Assembly: GCF_022846255.1 (NCBI RefSeq)
Contig: NZ_AP025682.1
Length of the DNA: 64,000 nucleotides
Source of the DNA: Escherichia coli
Lineage (GTDB): Bacteria; Pseudomonadota; Gammaproteobacteria; Enterobacterales; Enterobacteriaceae
Reading direction: 5' to 3' (one strand)
A model generated the notes under the pieces. That model was not told where the DNA came from, made no database searches, and saw only the letters and a list, made by a program, of their open reading frames with translations. This document shows, piece after piece, positions 32,118 to 46,512 of the stretch (position 1 is the stretch's first letter; every line of letters begins with the position of its first letter). The translations under genes and the position numbers were made by a program.

Positions 32118-32573
32118 GTGAACCTCCCACAAGACGGCATCAAATTACATCGCGGCAACTTCACCGCTATCGGCCAGCAGATCCAGCCTTATCTGGAGGA
32201 AGGCAAATGCTTTCGCATGGTGCTTAAACCGTGGCGGGAGAGACGCAGTCTTTCCCAGAATGCACTTAGCCACATGTGGTACAGCGAAATCAGTGAATAC
32301 CTCATCAGCAGGGGTAAAACGTTCGCCACTCCAGATTGGGTAAAAGATGCTCTCAAACACACTTATCTCGGTTATGAAACCAAAGAACTGGTTGATGTCG
32401 TATCTGGTGAGATCACCACTATTCAGTCATTACGCCATACCTCCGATCTTGATACCGGAGAGATGTATGTCTTCCTGAGTAAGGTTGAATCTTGGGCGAT
32501 GAATATTGGCTGCCACCTGACTATTCCGCAGAGCTGCGAGTATCAGCTGCTGCGTGATAAGCAGGAGGCGTAA
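32118..32573 (+). CDS. ybcN: YbcN-like protein (DLP12 nin region)
   Basis: 151 aa; matches DLP12 YbcN as recalled. Confidence 0.75.
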   Translation: MNLPQDGIKLHRGNFTAIGQQIQPYLEEGKCFRMVLKPWRERRSLSQNALSHMWYSEISEYLISRGKTFATPDWVKDALKHTYLGYETKELVDVVSGEITTIQSLRHTSDLDTGEMYVFLSKVESWAMNIGCHLTIPQSCEYQLLRDKQEA

Positions 32574-32743
32574 TGGCTACACCGCTTATTCGTGTCATGA
32601 ACGGACACATCTACAGAGTACCAAATCGTCGTAAGCGTAAGCCTGAGCTGAAACCATCCGAAATACCAACACTGCTCGGATATACCGCCAGCCTGGTTGA
32701 TAAAAAATGGTTGCGACTGGCAGCAAGGAGGAATCATGGCTGA
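32573..32743 (+). CDS. ninE: NinE-family protein
   Basis: 56-aa basic protein, start overlapping ybcN stop (TAATG); nin-region position. Confidence 0.55.
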   Translation: MATPLIRVMNGHIYRVPNRRKRKPELKPSEIPTLLGYTASLVDKKWLRLAARRNHG

Positions 32744-33026
32744 TTTGAGAAAAGCAGCGCGTGGTCGGGAATGCCAGGTAAGAATCCCTGGCGTATGTAA
32801 TGGCAATTCTGAGACGTCTGTACTGGCACATATCCGGCTGGCTGGATTGTGCGGTACCGGTATCAAACCGCCAGACCTGATTGCCACCATTGCATGTTCT
32901 GCCTGCCACGACGAAATCGACCGCCGCACACATTTTGTCGATGCTGCATATGCAAAAGAATGCGCGCTGGAAGGTATGGCGAGAACACAGGTTATCTGGC
33001 TGAAAGAGGGGGTAATCAAGGCGTGA
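32736..33026 (+). CDS. ybcO: YbcO-like protein (DUF1364, Cys-rich)
   Basis: 96 aa from [14 protein letters not shown] with CxxC...CxxC. Confidence 0.7.
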   Translation: MADLRKAARGRECQVRIPGVCNGNSETSVLAHIRLAGLCGTGIKPPDLIATIACSACHDEIDRRTHFVDAAYAKECALEGMARTQVIWLKEGVIKA

Positions 33027-33385
33027 ATACTTACCACATCACACTACCCTGGCCGCCGAGCAATAACCGCTACTACAGGCATAATCGCGGGCGCACGCAC
33101 ATCAGCGCAGAAGGGCAGGCATACCGTGATAACGTCGCCCGAATCATTAAAGGCTCAATGCTGGATATCGGTCTGGCTATGCCTGTGAAAATCCGCATTG
33201 AGTGCCACATGCCGGATCGCCGTCGCCGTGACCTGGATAATCTGCAAAAAGCCGCTTTTGACGCACTCACTAAAGCAGGTTTCTGGCTGGATGATGAGCT
33301 GGTCGTTGATTACCGCGTTGTGAAGATGCCTGTTACCAAAGGTGGGAAGCTGGAACTGACCACCACTGAACTGGGAGATGAATGA
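33023..33385 (+). CDS. rusA: Holliday junction resolvase RusA
   Basis: 120 aa, GTG start; [18 protein letters not shown] matches RusA as recalled. Confidence 0.9.
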   Translation: MNTYHITLPWPPSNNRYYRHNRGRTHISAEGQAYRDNVARIIKGSMLDIGLAMPVKIRIECHMPDRRRRDLDNLQKAAFDALTKAGFWLDDELVVDYRVVKMPVTKGGKLELTTTELGDE

Positions 33386-33480
33386 TGTTTGAGTCTTATA
33401 TGGCAGAACGTCTTCGCCGCCGCTGGGTGCGCCTGCGCTTATATCGTTTTATTGATTTTTGCTGGCAATTGGCGTGCTAG
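33382..33480 (+). CDS. small ORF (ylcG-like)
   Basis: 32 aa [32 protein letters not shown] overlapping rusA stop. Confidence 0.35.
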   Translation: MMFESYMAERLRRRWVRLRLYRFIDFCWQLAC

Positions 33481-33503
33481 CCTGATTTTTGTGGGGAAAG
33501 TTG

Positions 33504-33887
33504 ATGCGTGATATTCAGATGGTTCTTGAGCGTTGGGGGGCATGGGCGGCTAATAACCACGAGGATGTAACCTGGTCATCCATTGCTGCCGGTTTTAAGG
33601 GATTAATTCCTTCAAAAGTAAAGTCTCGCCCACAATGCTGTGATGATGACGCGATGATTGTTTGTGGATGTATGGCTCGCCTGAAAAAGAACAATAGCTA
33701 TTTGCATGATTTACTAGTGGATTATTATGTCGGGGGTATGACATTTATGTCACTGGCAAGTAAGCATTGTTGCTCTGATGGTTATATCGGGAAAAAGTTA
33801 CAGAAGGCTGAGGGAATAATTGAAGGGATGTTAATGGCATTAGATATACGGTTAGAGATGGATATCGTTGTTACTAAGTCTAATTAA
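33504..33887 (+). CDS. quuD: late-gene antiterminator Q
   Basis: 127 aa from [14 protein letters not shown]; matches DLP12 QuuD as recalled. Confidence 0.85.
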   Translation: MRDIQMVLERWGAWAANNHEDVTWSSIAAGFKGLIPSKVKSRPQCCDDDAMIVCGCMARLKKNNSYLHDLLVDYYVGGMTFMSLASKHCCSDGYIGKKLQKAEGIIEGMLMALDIRLEMDIVVTKSN

Positions 33888-33914
33888 TACGCTAATTATT
33901 TACTAAGTGTTATT

Positions 33915-34068
33915 AAAAAAGGGGCGTAGAAACGCCCCCAAAAATAAAGGGTAATATATAACAGAAGGTTTATATAGTCAGAAGCAAGGTAGTGCTTCTA
34001 AAGGAAGTGGCTTGAGGGAGCCACTTATATGTTGGGGAGGTAAAGCCTCCCGCAACATATCTTTTTCG
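33915..34068. promoter_or_regulatory. late promoter / qut / terminator hairpin region
   Basis: several GC-rich hairpins (GGGGCGTAGAAACGCCCC, GAAGCAAGGTAGTGCTTC, GTGGCTTGAGGGAGCCAC, GGGAGGTAAAGCCTCCC) between Q and the convergent porin gene. Confidence 0.4.
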
Positions 34069-34076
34069 TAACCAGA

Positions 34077-35174
34077 TTAGAACTGGTAAACCAGTCCTAC
34101 GGCAACGATGTCGTCAGTGCTTACACCAAGTGCTTTAGTGAAGTCGTTTTTGTCAAGCAGGTTGATCTTGTAATCAACGAAAGTAGACATGTTTTTGTTG
34201 AAGTAATAAGTTGCACCTACATCAACATATTTGACTAAGTCCTGATCGCCCCATACTCCAAGATCCTTACCTTTAGATTGCAGGTAAGCAACGGACGGAC
34301 GCAGACCGAAATCGAACTGATATTGTGCAACAGCTTCGAAGTTTTGAGCTTTATTAGCAACGAAGTGATCAGCAAATACAGTCATATTCTGGGTTTCAGA
34401 ATAGGTAGTGGCCAGGTAAATGTTGTTAGCGTCATATTTCAGACCTGCGGCCCAAATTTCTGCATTTTTACCGGAAGCAAATACTTCAGGAAGAACTTTG
34501 CCTGCATTGACTTGAGTGTCGGTACGATCAGATTTCGCATAAGTCGCACCAATGCCGAATCCTTCGTATTCATAGGTAGCAGAGAAACCGAATCCATCAC
34601 CGTTACCTTCGGTGTAGTTATCGAAATCGCTACGATCGTTTTTACCTTGGTACTGAGCAGCAAAGTTCAGACCATCAACCAGACCAAAGAAGTCGTTGTT
34701 ACGGTAAGTTGCAACACCAGTTGCACGTTGAGTCATGAACACGTCGGTTTGAGTCCAAGTGTCACCACCGAATTCTGGCAGGACGTCAGTCCACGCACCG
34801 ATGTCGTATGCTACACCGTAGTTACGACCGTAATCGATGGAACCGTAGTCACCGAATTTCAGGCCTGCAAATGCAAGACGGGTTTTGTCTTTGGCGGAAC
34901 CTTGAGATTCAGCGCGGTTGCCTTTGAATTCATATTCCCACTGACCGAAACCAGTCAGTTGATCGTTGATTTGGGTTTCACCTTTGAAGCCCAGACGAAC
35001 ATAAGTAGTATCACCATCATCTGCATCGTTAGAGGAAAAGTAGTGCTTGGCATTAACTTTCCCGTACAGATCCAGCTTGTTACTGTCTTTATTATAAATT
35101 TCAGCTGCCTGAGCAGACATCGCCATCAGTACTGATGCAGCTACAGCAGAAATTGCCACTGTTAATTTTTTCAT
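34077..35174 (-). CDS. nmpC: outer-membrane general porin (NmpC/OmpC family), apparently intact
   Basis: 365 aa from [11 protein letters not shown]; signal peptide; C-terminal F; long AT-rich upstream region 35175-35716. Confidence 0.9.
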   Translation of the reverse strand: MKKLTVAISAVAASVLMAMSAQAAEIYNKDSNKLDLYGKVNAKHYFSSNDADDGDTTYVRLGFKGETQINDQLTGFGQWEYEFKGNRAESQGSAKDKTRLAFAGLKFGDYGSIDYGRNYGVAYDIGAWTDVLPEFGGDTWTQTDVFMTQRATGVATYRNNDFFGLVDGLNFAAQYQGKNDRSDFDNYTEGNGDGFGFSATYEYEGFGIGATYAKSDRTDTQVNAGKVLPEVFASGKNAEIWAAGLKYDANNIYLATTYSETQNMTVFADHFVANKAQNFEAVAQYQFDFGLRPSVAYLQSKGKDLGVWGDQDLVKYVDVGATYYFNKNMSTFVDYKINLLDKNDFTKALGVSTDDIVAVGLVYQF

Positions 35175-35761
35175 CGTGAGCCCTTTTTTTGAACTATTAT
35201 TAAAAAATGATGTCACTGCGCGATAAATATTCATCTAATCAATATGATTATTTCAAGATGTAAGTTTTAGTTTCTCATTTAATTTGTGAAGTAGATCTCT
35301 ATTTTTATCTGAACTTTTTCTATCGAAACCTATTTATGGCTCTTATTTGAACAAAAATAAACCTATTAGCTAATTTATATTAATGGCTGTTATTTATGGT
35401 GGTTCTATAATTCGGAAGTTTAATTTAAATCAACTAAAAATAACGTCGGAAATTATTTATTGGTTATTTGTTGAGGTTTTCTAATGTATTTGTGGTGGTG
35501 TTTTGAACACTCGGTAGCATTCTCATAAATATCATTCAGTGGTTTACGTACGTAAAAAATTGGTTATGCTGTTAAGAGTGGTTACTTCGTCACACAGCTT
35601 AAACCCGCCGTCGAGCTGGTTTTTCCATTTTTTGAGTCTCGATATTAGCTGATAACTCAATACCTGAGTTATTCACTGACTCCGAGTCTGTTACGTTTCT
35701 GCTTTTTTGCGATACGTTGTATTCCCTCAATTTACACCCGCTTTGTCTGCGAGGTGGGGTT

Positions 35762-35977
35762 ATGAAATCCATGGATAAGTTAACAACGGGTGTCGCCTAT
35801 GGCACCTCAGCAGGTAGTGCCGGTTACTGGTTTTTACAGCTGCTCGATAAAGTCACGCCCTCACAGTGGGCAGCAATAGGTGTGCTGGGTAGCCTGGTAT
35901 TTGGCCTGCTGACGTACCTGACAAACCTTTATTTCAAGATTAAAGAAGATAAGCGCAAGGCTGCGAGAGGTGAATAA
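35762..35977 (+). CDS. essD: holin
   Basis: 71 aa from [11 protein letters not shown] with one TM; matches DLP12 EssD as recalled. Confidence 0.85.
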
Positions 35978-36474
35978 TGCCTCCATCATTACGAAAAGCC
36001 GTTGCTGCTGCTATTGGTGGCGGAGCAATTGCTATAGCATCAGTGTTAATTACTGGCCCAAGTGGTAACGATGGTCTGGAAGGTGTCAGCTACATACCAT
36101 ACAAAGATATTGTTGGTGTATGGACTGTATGTCACGGGCATACAGGAAAAGACATCATGCTCGGTAAAACGTATACCAAAGCAGAATGCAAAGCACTCTT
36201 GAATAAAGACCTTGCCACTGTCGCCAGACAAATTAACCCGTACATCAAAGTCGATATACCGGAAACAACGCGCGGCGCTCTTTACTCATTCGTTTACAAC
36301 GTGGGTGCTGGCAATTTCAGAACATCGACGCTTCTTCGCAAAATAAACCAGGGTGATATCAAAGGCGCATGTGATCAGCTACGTCGCTGGACATATGCTG
36401 GCGGTAAGCAATGGAAAGGTCTCATGACTCGTCGTGAGATTGAGCGTGAAATCTGTTTGTGGGGTCAGCAATGA
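35977..36474 (+). CDS. rrrD: phage lysozyme (endolysin)
   Basis: 165 aa, T4-lysozyme-like with N-terminal signal-anchor; matches DLP12 RrrD as recalled. Confidence 0.9.
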   Translation: MPPSLRKAVAAAIGGGAIAIASVLITGPSGNDGLEGVSYIPYKDIVGVWTVCHGHTGKDIMLGKTYTKAECKALLNKDLATVARQINPYIKVDIPETTRGALYSFVYNVGAGNFRTSTLLRKINQGDIKGACDQLRRWTYAGGKQWKGLMTRREIEREICLWGQQ

Positions 36475-36914
36475 ACAGAGTAACCACGATTATCTCCGCT
36501 CTGGTTATCTGCATCATCGTCTGCCTGTCATGGGCTGTTAATCATTACCGTGATAACGCCATCACTTACAAAAAGCAGCGTGATAAGGCCGTATCCATTA
36601 TTACTGACATGCAGAAGCGTCAACGTGATGTAGCTGAACTCGATGCCAGATATACAAAGGAGCTTGCTGATGCTAACGCGACTATCGAAAGTCTTCGTGC
36701 TGATGTTTCTGCTGGTCGTAAGTGGCTGCACGTCAAAGCAGTCTGTCCGGACAAGCATAAAACCACCGCCGCCTCCGGCGTGGATGATGCTTCCAGCCCC
36801 AGACTTACTGACACCGCTCAACGGGATTATTTCGTTCTCAGAGAGCGCATCGAAACCATAACTAACCAATTGAATGGCCTGCAAGAGTATGTGAGATCAC
36901 AGTGCTCATATTAG
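36459..36914 (+). CDS. rzpD: i-spanin Rz
   Basis: 151 aa, N-terminal TM then coiled coil; overlaps lysozyme end. Confidence 0.8.
   Translation: MGSAMNRVTTIISALVICIIVCLSWAVNHYRDNAITYKKQRDKAVSIITDMQKRQRDVAELDARYTKELADANATIESLRADVSAGRKWLHVKAVCPDKHKTTAASGVDDASSPRLTDTAQRDYFVLRERIETITNQLNGLQEYVRSQCSY
36670..36861 (+). CDS. rzoD: o-spanin Rz1 lipoprotein, embedded in Rz in +1 frame
   Basis: 63 aa with lipobox VVSGC and proline-rich PPPPPAW. Confidence 0.7.
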   Translation: MLTRLSKVFVLMFLLVVSGCTSKQSVRTSIKPPPPPAWMMLPAPDLLTPLNGIISFSESASKP

Positions 36915-36952
36915 AAAAGTCGTATCATAAGATTTTTGTATATGGATGCATT

Positions 36953-37327
36953 ATGTCTCAATACGCTCACGCCGCTTTAATCGCTTATCATTTGGTTGCT
37001 GATAGCTCAATGCATCCTCGTGATGCATGGGATGCAGCTGTCGCAGAGGTTACGGAAAGCGAATCGTCAAGAAAGAAGATATGCCCACGGGCAACATTTC
37101 TCGCCCTGGCGGATAGCGGTTATCTGAAGAATGTAAAACCACAGCATGGGGAGAGAAAGGGCGGTAAGTTGTATCAAAGGGCAATTGAAGTTGCGAATCT
37201 GATTCTTGATTTACCCGGAATCAGCAAAGCGGAGTTAGTTGATAAAACTTGCTATAAAGACAGGCAAGGGTCTTATGACATTGCACTAACTCTCGCTCAG
37301 CACGGATTACTCCAGCGTCCTCAATAA
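36953..37327 (+). CDS. hypothetical protein between lysis cassette and cos
   Basis: 124 aa from MSQYAHAAL; followed by a hairpin and T-run terminator at 37345-37369. Confidence 0.4.
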   Translation: MSQYAHAALIAYHLVADSSMHPRDAWDAAVAEVTESESSRKKICPRATFLALADSGYLKNVKPQHGERKGGKLYQRAIEVANLILDLPGISKAELVDKTCYKDRQGSYDIALTLAQHGLLQRPQ

Positions 37328-37705
37328 GATATTAAGTGATTTATGGCCTCGCTTTTAGCGGGGCTTTTTCATATCTGAATCTCACCATGCATATCATCAC
37401 CTGACTGGAACGTCAGGAGAATTCGTTACCGGGATTCGATAAAGGTATTCAAGCCTGACACATTATGCGCTGTATCGTCGCCGTATTCCTGCATTAACCA
37501 TGACCGTAGCCCGACGGGAACTCCTTCTGCGTGAGTGTGCGGGAATAATCAAAAACGATGCACACCGGGTTTTTACCGCGTTTATGGTTCGCGGGGGTGT
37601 CCCTCATGCTCGCCAGTCCTGTGCGGGGGTGGAAGAAACAGGACGTGTATTCAGGTCTGTGCGACCGTGGCCGCACGCATTTCTTTTATTGCTTTGAGGT
37701 AGATA

Positions 37706-37914
37706 TGTCAGTAGCTGTTTTCGAGGCACTCAATGCACGTATTAACCAACTTGAAAGTAAGGTGAAGGAATACGAGCAGCGACAGGCTGAGGCAGATGAG
37801 AAGACTCAGAACGAACTTTTCCTGGAGTTTCTTGCCATCGTTCACGAACTGATGCCGTTAGTTAATCAGGCGCTGATGACAGGGCTGAAGGATGGAGATT
37901 TACACAGTAGGTAA
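37706..37914 (+). CDS. hypothetical small coiled-coil protein
   Basis: 69 aa from MSVAVFEALNARINQLESKVKEYEQRQ. Confidence 0.3.
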
Positions 37915-37963
37915 ACCTGATCTTCTGTCTTACGGGTCCTTTCCGGCGATCCGGCAGGCTACG

Positions 37964-37975
37964 GGGCGGAAGGCG
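37964..37975. other. cosN cohesive-end site (variant 12-mer GGGCGGAAGGCG)
   Basis: flanks ACG...CGCGGGTTTTCGCTATTTATGAAAATTTTCCGG match lambda cos as recalled; lambda 12-mer is GGGCGGCGACCT. Confidence 0.5.
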
Positions 37976-38152
37976 CGCGGGTTTTCGCTATTTATGAAAA
38001 TTTTCCGGTTTAAGGCGTTTCCGTTCTTCTTTGCCGTAACTTAATGTTTTTATTTAAAACACCCCCTGAAAAGAAAGGAAACGACAGGTGCTGAAAACGG
38101 GCTTTTTGGCCTCTGTCGTTTCCTTTCTCTGTTTTTGTCCGTGGAATGAACA

Positions 38153-38671
38153 ATGGAAGTCAACAAAAAGCAGCTGGCTGACATTTTCGGTGCGAGTATC
38201 CGTACCATTCAGAACTGGCAGGAACAGGGAATGCCCGTTCTGCGAGGCGGTGGCAAGGGTAATGAGGTGCTTTATGACTCTGCCGCCGTCATAAAATGGT
38301 ATGCCGAAAGGGATGCTGAAATTGAGAACGAAAAGCTGCGCCGGGAGGTTGAAGAACTGCGGCAGGCCAGCGAGACAGATCTCCAGCCAGGACTATTGAG
38401 TACGAACGCCATCGACTTACGCGTGCGCAGGCCGACGCACAGGAGCTGAAAAATGCCAGAGACTCCGCTGAAGTGGTGGAAACTGCATTCTGTACTTTCG
38501 TGCTGTCGCGGATCGCAGGTGAAATTGCCAGTATTCTCGACGGGATCCCCCTGTCGGTGCAGCGGCGTTTTCCGGAACTGGAAAACCGACATGTTGATTT
38601 CCTGAAACGGGATATCATCAAAGCCATGAACAAAGCAGCCGCGCTGGATGAACTGATACCGGGGTTGCTGA

Positions 38672-38697
<26 letters not shown>
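38153..38697 (+). pseudogene. Nu1: terminase small subunit Nu1 with a 1-nt frameshift
   Basis: ORFs 38153-38449 and 38473-38697 together match lambda Nu1; total 545 nt versus 546 expected; missing A near 38391. Confidence 0.75.
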
Positions 38698-42378
<3,681 letters not shown>

Positions 42379-42398
<20 letters not shown>

Positions 42399-43698
42399 TC
42401 TCCCGCATATTGCCAGCATGGCCTTTAATGAGCCGCTGATGCTTGAACCCGCCTATGCGCGGGTTTTCTTTTGTGCGCTTGCAGGCCAGCTTGGGATCAG
42501 CCGCCTGACGGATGCGGTGTCCGGCGACAGCCTGACTGCCCAGGAGGCACTCGCGACGCTGGCATTATCCGGTGATGATGGCGGGCCACGACAGGCCCGC
42601 AGTTATCAGGTCATGAACGGCATCGCCGTGCTGCCGGTGTCCGGCACGCTGGTCAGCCGGACGCGGGCGCTGCAGCCGTATTCGGGGATGACCGGTTACA
42701 ACGGCATTATCGCCCGTCTGCAACAGGCTGCCAGCGATCCGATGGTGGACGGCATTCTGCTCGATATGGACACACCGGGCGGGATGGTGGCGGGAGCATT
42801 TGACTGTGCTGACATCATCGCCCGTGTGCGAGACATAAAACCGGTATGGACGCTGGCCAACGACATGAACTGCAGTGCAGGTCAGCTGCTTGCCAGCGCC
42901 GCCTCCCGGCGTCTGGTCACGCAGACCGCCCGGACAGGCTCCATCGGCGTCATGATGGCTCACAGTAATTACGGTGCTGCGCTGGAGAAACAGGGTGTGG
43001 AAATCACGCTGATTTACAGCGGCAGCCATAAGGTGGATGGCAACCCCTACAGCCATCTACCGGATGATGTCCGGGAAACACTGTAGTCCCGGATGGATGC
43101 AACCCGCCGGATGTTTGCACAGAAGGTGTCGGCATATACCGGCCTGTCCGTGCAGGCTGTGCTGGATACCGAGGCTGCAGTGTACAGCGGTCAGGAGGCT
43201 ATTGATGCCGGACTGGCTGATGAACTTGTTAACAGTACCGATGCGATCACCGTCATGCGTGATGCACTGGATACACGTAAATCCCGTCTCTCAGGAGGGC
43301 GAATGACCAAAGAGACTCAATCAACAACTGTTTCAGCCACTGCTTCGCAGGCTGACGTTACTGGCGTGGTGCAAGCGACGGAGGGCGAGAACGCCAGCGC
43401 GGCGCAGCCGGACGTGAACGCGCAGATCACCGCAGCGGTTGCGGCAGAAAACAGCCGCATTATGGGTATCCTCAATTGTGAGGAGGCCCACGGACGTGAA
43501 GAACAGGCACGCGTGTTGGCAGAAACCCCCGGAATGACCGTGGAAACGGCCCGCCGCATTCTGGCCGCAGCACCACAGAGTGCACAGGCGCGCAGTGACA
43601 CTGCGCTGGATCGTCTGATGCAGGGGGCACCGGCACCGCTGGCTGCAGGTAACCCGGCATCTGATGCCGTTAACGATTTGCTGAACACACCAGTGTAA
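42379..43698 (+). pseudogene. C: head protease/scaffold gene C interrupted by an in-frame TAG at 43084-43086
   Basis: GTG start inside B; 440 codons in one frame equal lambda gpC length, but codon 236 is TAG; S49 peptidase domain lies upstream of the stop. Confidence 0.7.
43093..43698 (+). CDS. Nu3: scaffolding protein Nu3
   Basis: 201 aa, same frame as the C 3' part; starts MDATRRMFAQ. Confidence 0.9.
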   Translation: MDATRRMFAQKVSAYTGLSVQAVLDTEAAVYSGQEAIDAGLADELVNSTDAITVMRDALDTRKSRLSGGRMTKETQSTTVSATASQADVTGVVQATEGENASAAQPDVNAQITAAVAAENSRIMGILNCEEAHGREEQARVLAETPGMTVETARRILAAAPQSAQARSDTALDRLMQGAPAPLAAGNPASDAVNDLLNTPV

Positions 43699-43707
43699 GG
43701 GATGTTT

Positions 43708-44040
43708 ATGACGAGCAAAGAAACCTTTACCCATTACCAGCCGCTGGGCAACAGTGACCCGGCTCATACCGCAACCGCGCCCGGCGGATTGAGTGCGAAA
43801 GCGCCTGCAATGACCCCGCTGATGCTGGACACCTCCACCCGTAAGCTGGTTGCGTGGGATGGCACCACCGACGGTGCTGCCGTTGGCATTCTGGCGGTTG
43901 ATGCTGACCAGACCAGCACCACGCTGACGTTCTACAAGTCCGGCACGTTCCGTTATGAGGATGTGCTCTGGCCGGAGGCTGCCAGCGATGAGACGAAAAA
44001 ACGGACCGCGTTTGCCGGAACGGCAATCAGCATCGTTTAA
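43708..44040 (+). CDS. D: head decoration protein D
   Basis: 110 aa from [12 protein letters not shown], lambda gpD-like. Confidence 0.95.
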   Translation: MTSKETFTHYQPLGNSDPAHTATAPGGLSAKAPAMTPLMLDTSTRKLVAWDGTTDGAAVGILAVDADQTSTTLTFYKSGTFRYEDVLWPEAASDETKKRTAFAGTAISIV

Positions 44041-44061
44041 CCTTACCCTTCATCACTAAAG

Positions 44062-44082
44062 GCCGCCTGTGCGGCTTTTTTT
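44062..44082 (+). terminator. hairpin plus T-run between D and E
   Basis: GCCGCCTGTGCGGC followed by TTTTTTT. Confidence 0.5.
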
Positions 44083-44095
44083 ACGGGATTTTTTT

Positions 44096-45121
44096 ATGTC
44101 GATGTACACAACCGCCCAGCTGCTGGCGGCAAATGAGCAGAAATTTAAGTTTGATCCGCTGTTTCTGCGCCTCTTTTTCCGTGAGAGCTATCCCTTCACC
44201 ACGGAGAAAGTCTATCTCTCACAAATTCCGGGACTGGTAAACATGGCGCTGTACGTTTCGCCGATTGTTTCCGGTGAGGTTATCCGCTCCCGTGGCGGCT
44301 CCACCTCTGAATTTACGCCGGGATATGTCAAGCCGAAGCATGAAGTGAATCCGCAGATGACCCTGCGTCGCCTGCCGGATGAAGATCCGCAGAATCTGGC
44401 GGATCCGGCTTACCGTCGCCGTCGCATCATCATGCAGAACATGCGTGACGAAGAGCTGGCCATTGCCCAGGTCGAAGAGATGCAGGCAGTTTCTGCCGTG
44501 CTTAAGGGCAAATACACCATGACCGGTGAAGCCTTCGATCCGGTTGAGGTGGATATGGGCCGCAGTGCGGCGAATAACATCACGCAGTCCGGCGGCACGG
44601 AGTGGAGCAAGCGTGACAAGTCCACGTATGACCCGACCGACGATATCGAAGCCTACGCGCTGAACGCCAGCGGTGTGGTGAATATCATCGTGTTCGATCC
44701 GAAAGGCTGGGCGCTGTTCCGTTCCTTCAAAGCCGTCAGGGAGAAGCTGGATACCCGTCGCGGCTCTCATTCCGAGCTGGAGACAGCGGTAAAAGACCTG
44801 GGCAAAGCGGTGTCCTATAAGGGAATGTATGGCGATGTGGCCATCGTCGTGTATTCCGGACAGTACGTGGAAAACGGCGTCAAAAAGAACTTCCTGCCGG
44901 ACAACACGATGGTGCTGGGGAACACTCAGGCTCGCGGTCTGCGCACCTATGGCTGTATTCAGGATGCGGATGCATTGAGTGAGGGTATTAATGCGTCTCC
45001 TCGTTATCCGAAAAACTGGAAGACATCCGGCGATCCGGCGCGTGAGTTCACCATGATTCAGTCAGCACCGCTAATGCTGCTGGCTGATCCTGATGAGTTC
45101 GTGTCCGTACAACTGGCGTAA
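44096..45121 (+). CDS. E: major capsid protein E
   Basis: 341 aa from MSMYTTAQLLAANEQ, lambda gpE-like. Confidence 0.97.
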   Translation: MSMYTTAQLLAANEQKFKFDPLFLRLFFRESYPFTTEKVYLSQIPGLVNMALYVSPIVSGEVIRSRGGSTSEFTPGYVKPKHEVNPQMTLRRLPDEDPQNLADPAYRRRRIIMQNMRDEELAIAQVEEMQAVSAVLKGKYTMTGEAFDPVEVDMGRSAANNITQSGGTEWSKRDKSTYDPTDDIEAYALNASGVVNIIVFDPKGWALFRSFKAVREKLDTRRGSHSELETAVKDLGKAVSYKGMYGDVAIVVYSGQYVENGVKKNFLPDNTMVLGNTQARGLRTYGCIQDADALSEGINASPRYPKNWKTSGDPAREFTMIQSAPLMLLADPDEFVSVQLA

Positions 45122-45158
45122 TCATGGCCCTTCGGGGCCATTTCTCTCTGTGGAGGAG

Positions 45159-45557
45159 TCCATGACGAAAGATGAACTGATTGCCCGTCTCCGCTCGCTG
45201 GGTGAACAACTGAACCGTGATGTCAGCCTGACGGGGACGAAAGAAGAACTGGTGCTCCGTGTGGCAGAGCTGGAAGAGGAGCTTGATGACACGGATGACG
45301 CTGCCGGTCAGGACACATCTGTCAGCCCGGAAAATGCGCTGACCGGACATGAAAATGAGGTGGTATCAGCGCAGCCGGATACCGTGACTGATACGGCTGA
45401 TCTGGTCACGGTTGTGGCACTGGTGACGCTGCATACTGATGCACTTCACGCCACGCGGGATGAACCTGTGGCATTTGTGCTGCCGGGAACGGCGTTTCGT
45501 GTCTCTGCCGGTGTGGCAGCCGAAATGACAGAGCGCGGCCTGGCCAGAATGCAATAA
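45159..45557 (+). CDS. FI: DNA packaging protein FI
   Basis: 132 aa from MTKDELIARLRSLGEQ. Confidence 0.9.
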   Translation, partial: SMTKDELIARLRSLGEQLNRDVSLTGTKEELVLRVAELEEELDDTDDAAGQDTSVSPENALTGHENEVVSAQPDTVTDTADLVTVVALVTLHTDALHATRDEPVAFVLPGTAFRVSAGVAAEMTERGLARMQ

Positions 45558-45568
45558 CGGGAGGCGCT

Positions 45569-45922
45569 GTGGCTGATTTCGATAACCTGTTCGATGCTGC
45601 CATTGCCCGCGCCGATGAAACGATACGCGGGTACATGGGAACGTCAGCCACCATGACATCCGGTGAGCAGTCCGGTGCTGTGATACGTGGTGTTTTTGAT
45701 GACCCTGAAAATATCAGCTATGCCGGACAGGGCGTGCGCGTTGAAGGCTCCAGCCCGTCCCTGTTTGTCCGGACTGATGATGTGCGGCAGCTGCGGCGCG
45801 GCGACACGCTGACCATCGGTGAGGAAAACTTCTGGATAGACCGGATTTCGCCGGATGATGGCGGAAGCTGTCATCTCTGGCTTGGGCGGGGCGTACCGCC
45901 TGCCGTTAACCGTCGCCGCTGA
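45569..45922 (+). CDS. FII: head completion protein FII
   Basis: 117 aa, lambda gpFII-like. Confidence 0.9.
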   Translation: MADFDNLFDAAIARADETIRGYMGTSATMTSGEQSGAVIRGVFDDPENISYAGQGVRVEGSSPSLFVRTDDVRQLRRGDTLTIGEENFWIDRISPDDGGSCHLWLGRGVPPAVNRRR

Positions 45923-45933
45923 AAGGGGGATGT

Positions 45934-46512
45934 ATGGCCATAAAAGGTCTTGAGCAGGCCGTTGAAAACCTCAGCCGTATCAGCAGAACGGCGGTGCCCG
46001 GTGCCGCCGCAATGGCCATTAACCGCGTTGCTTCATCCGCGATATCGCAGTCGGCGTCACAGGTTGCCCGTGAGACAAAGGTACGCCGGAAACTGGTAAA
46101 GGAAAGGGCCAGGCTGAAAAGGGCCACGGTCAAAAATCCGCAGGCCAGAATCAGGGTTAACCGGGGGGATTTGCCCGTAATAAAGCTGGGTAACGCGCGG
46201 ATTGTCCTGTCCCGACGCAGGCGTCGTAAAAAGGGGCAGCGTTCATCCCTGAAAGGTGGCGGCAGCGTGCTTGTGGTGGGTAACCGTCGTATTCCCGGCG
46301 CGTTTATTCAGCAACTGAAAAATGGCCGGTGGCATGTCATGCAGCGTGTGGCCGGGAAAAACCGTTACCCCATTGATGTAGTGAAAATCCCGATGGCGGT
46401 GCCGCTGACCACGGCGTTTAAACAAAATATTGAGCGGATACGGCGTGAACGTCTTCCGAAAGAGCTGGGCTATGCGCTGCAGCATCAACTGAGGATGGTA
46501 ATAAAGCGATGA
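45934..46512 (+). CDS. Z: tail completion protein Z
   Basis: 192 aa, lambda gpZ-like. Confidence 0.9.
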   Translation: MAIKGLEQAVENLSRISRTAVPGAAAMAINRVASSAISQSASQVARETKVRRKLVKERARLKRATVKNPQARIRVNRGDLPVIKLGNARIVLSRRRRRKKGQRSSLKGGGSVLVVGNRRIPGAFIQQLKNGRWHVMQRVAGKNRYPIDVVKIPMAVPLTTAFKQNIERIRRERLPKELGYALQHQLRMVIKR

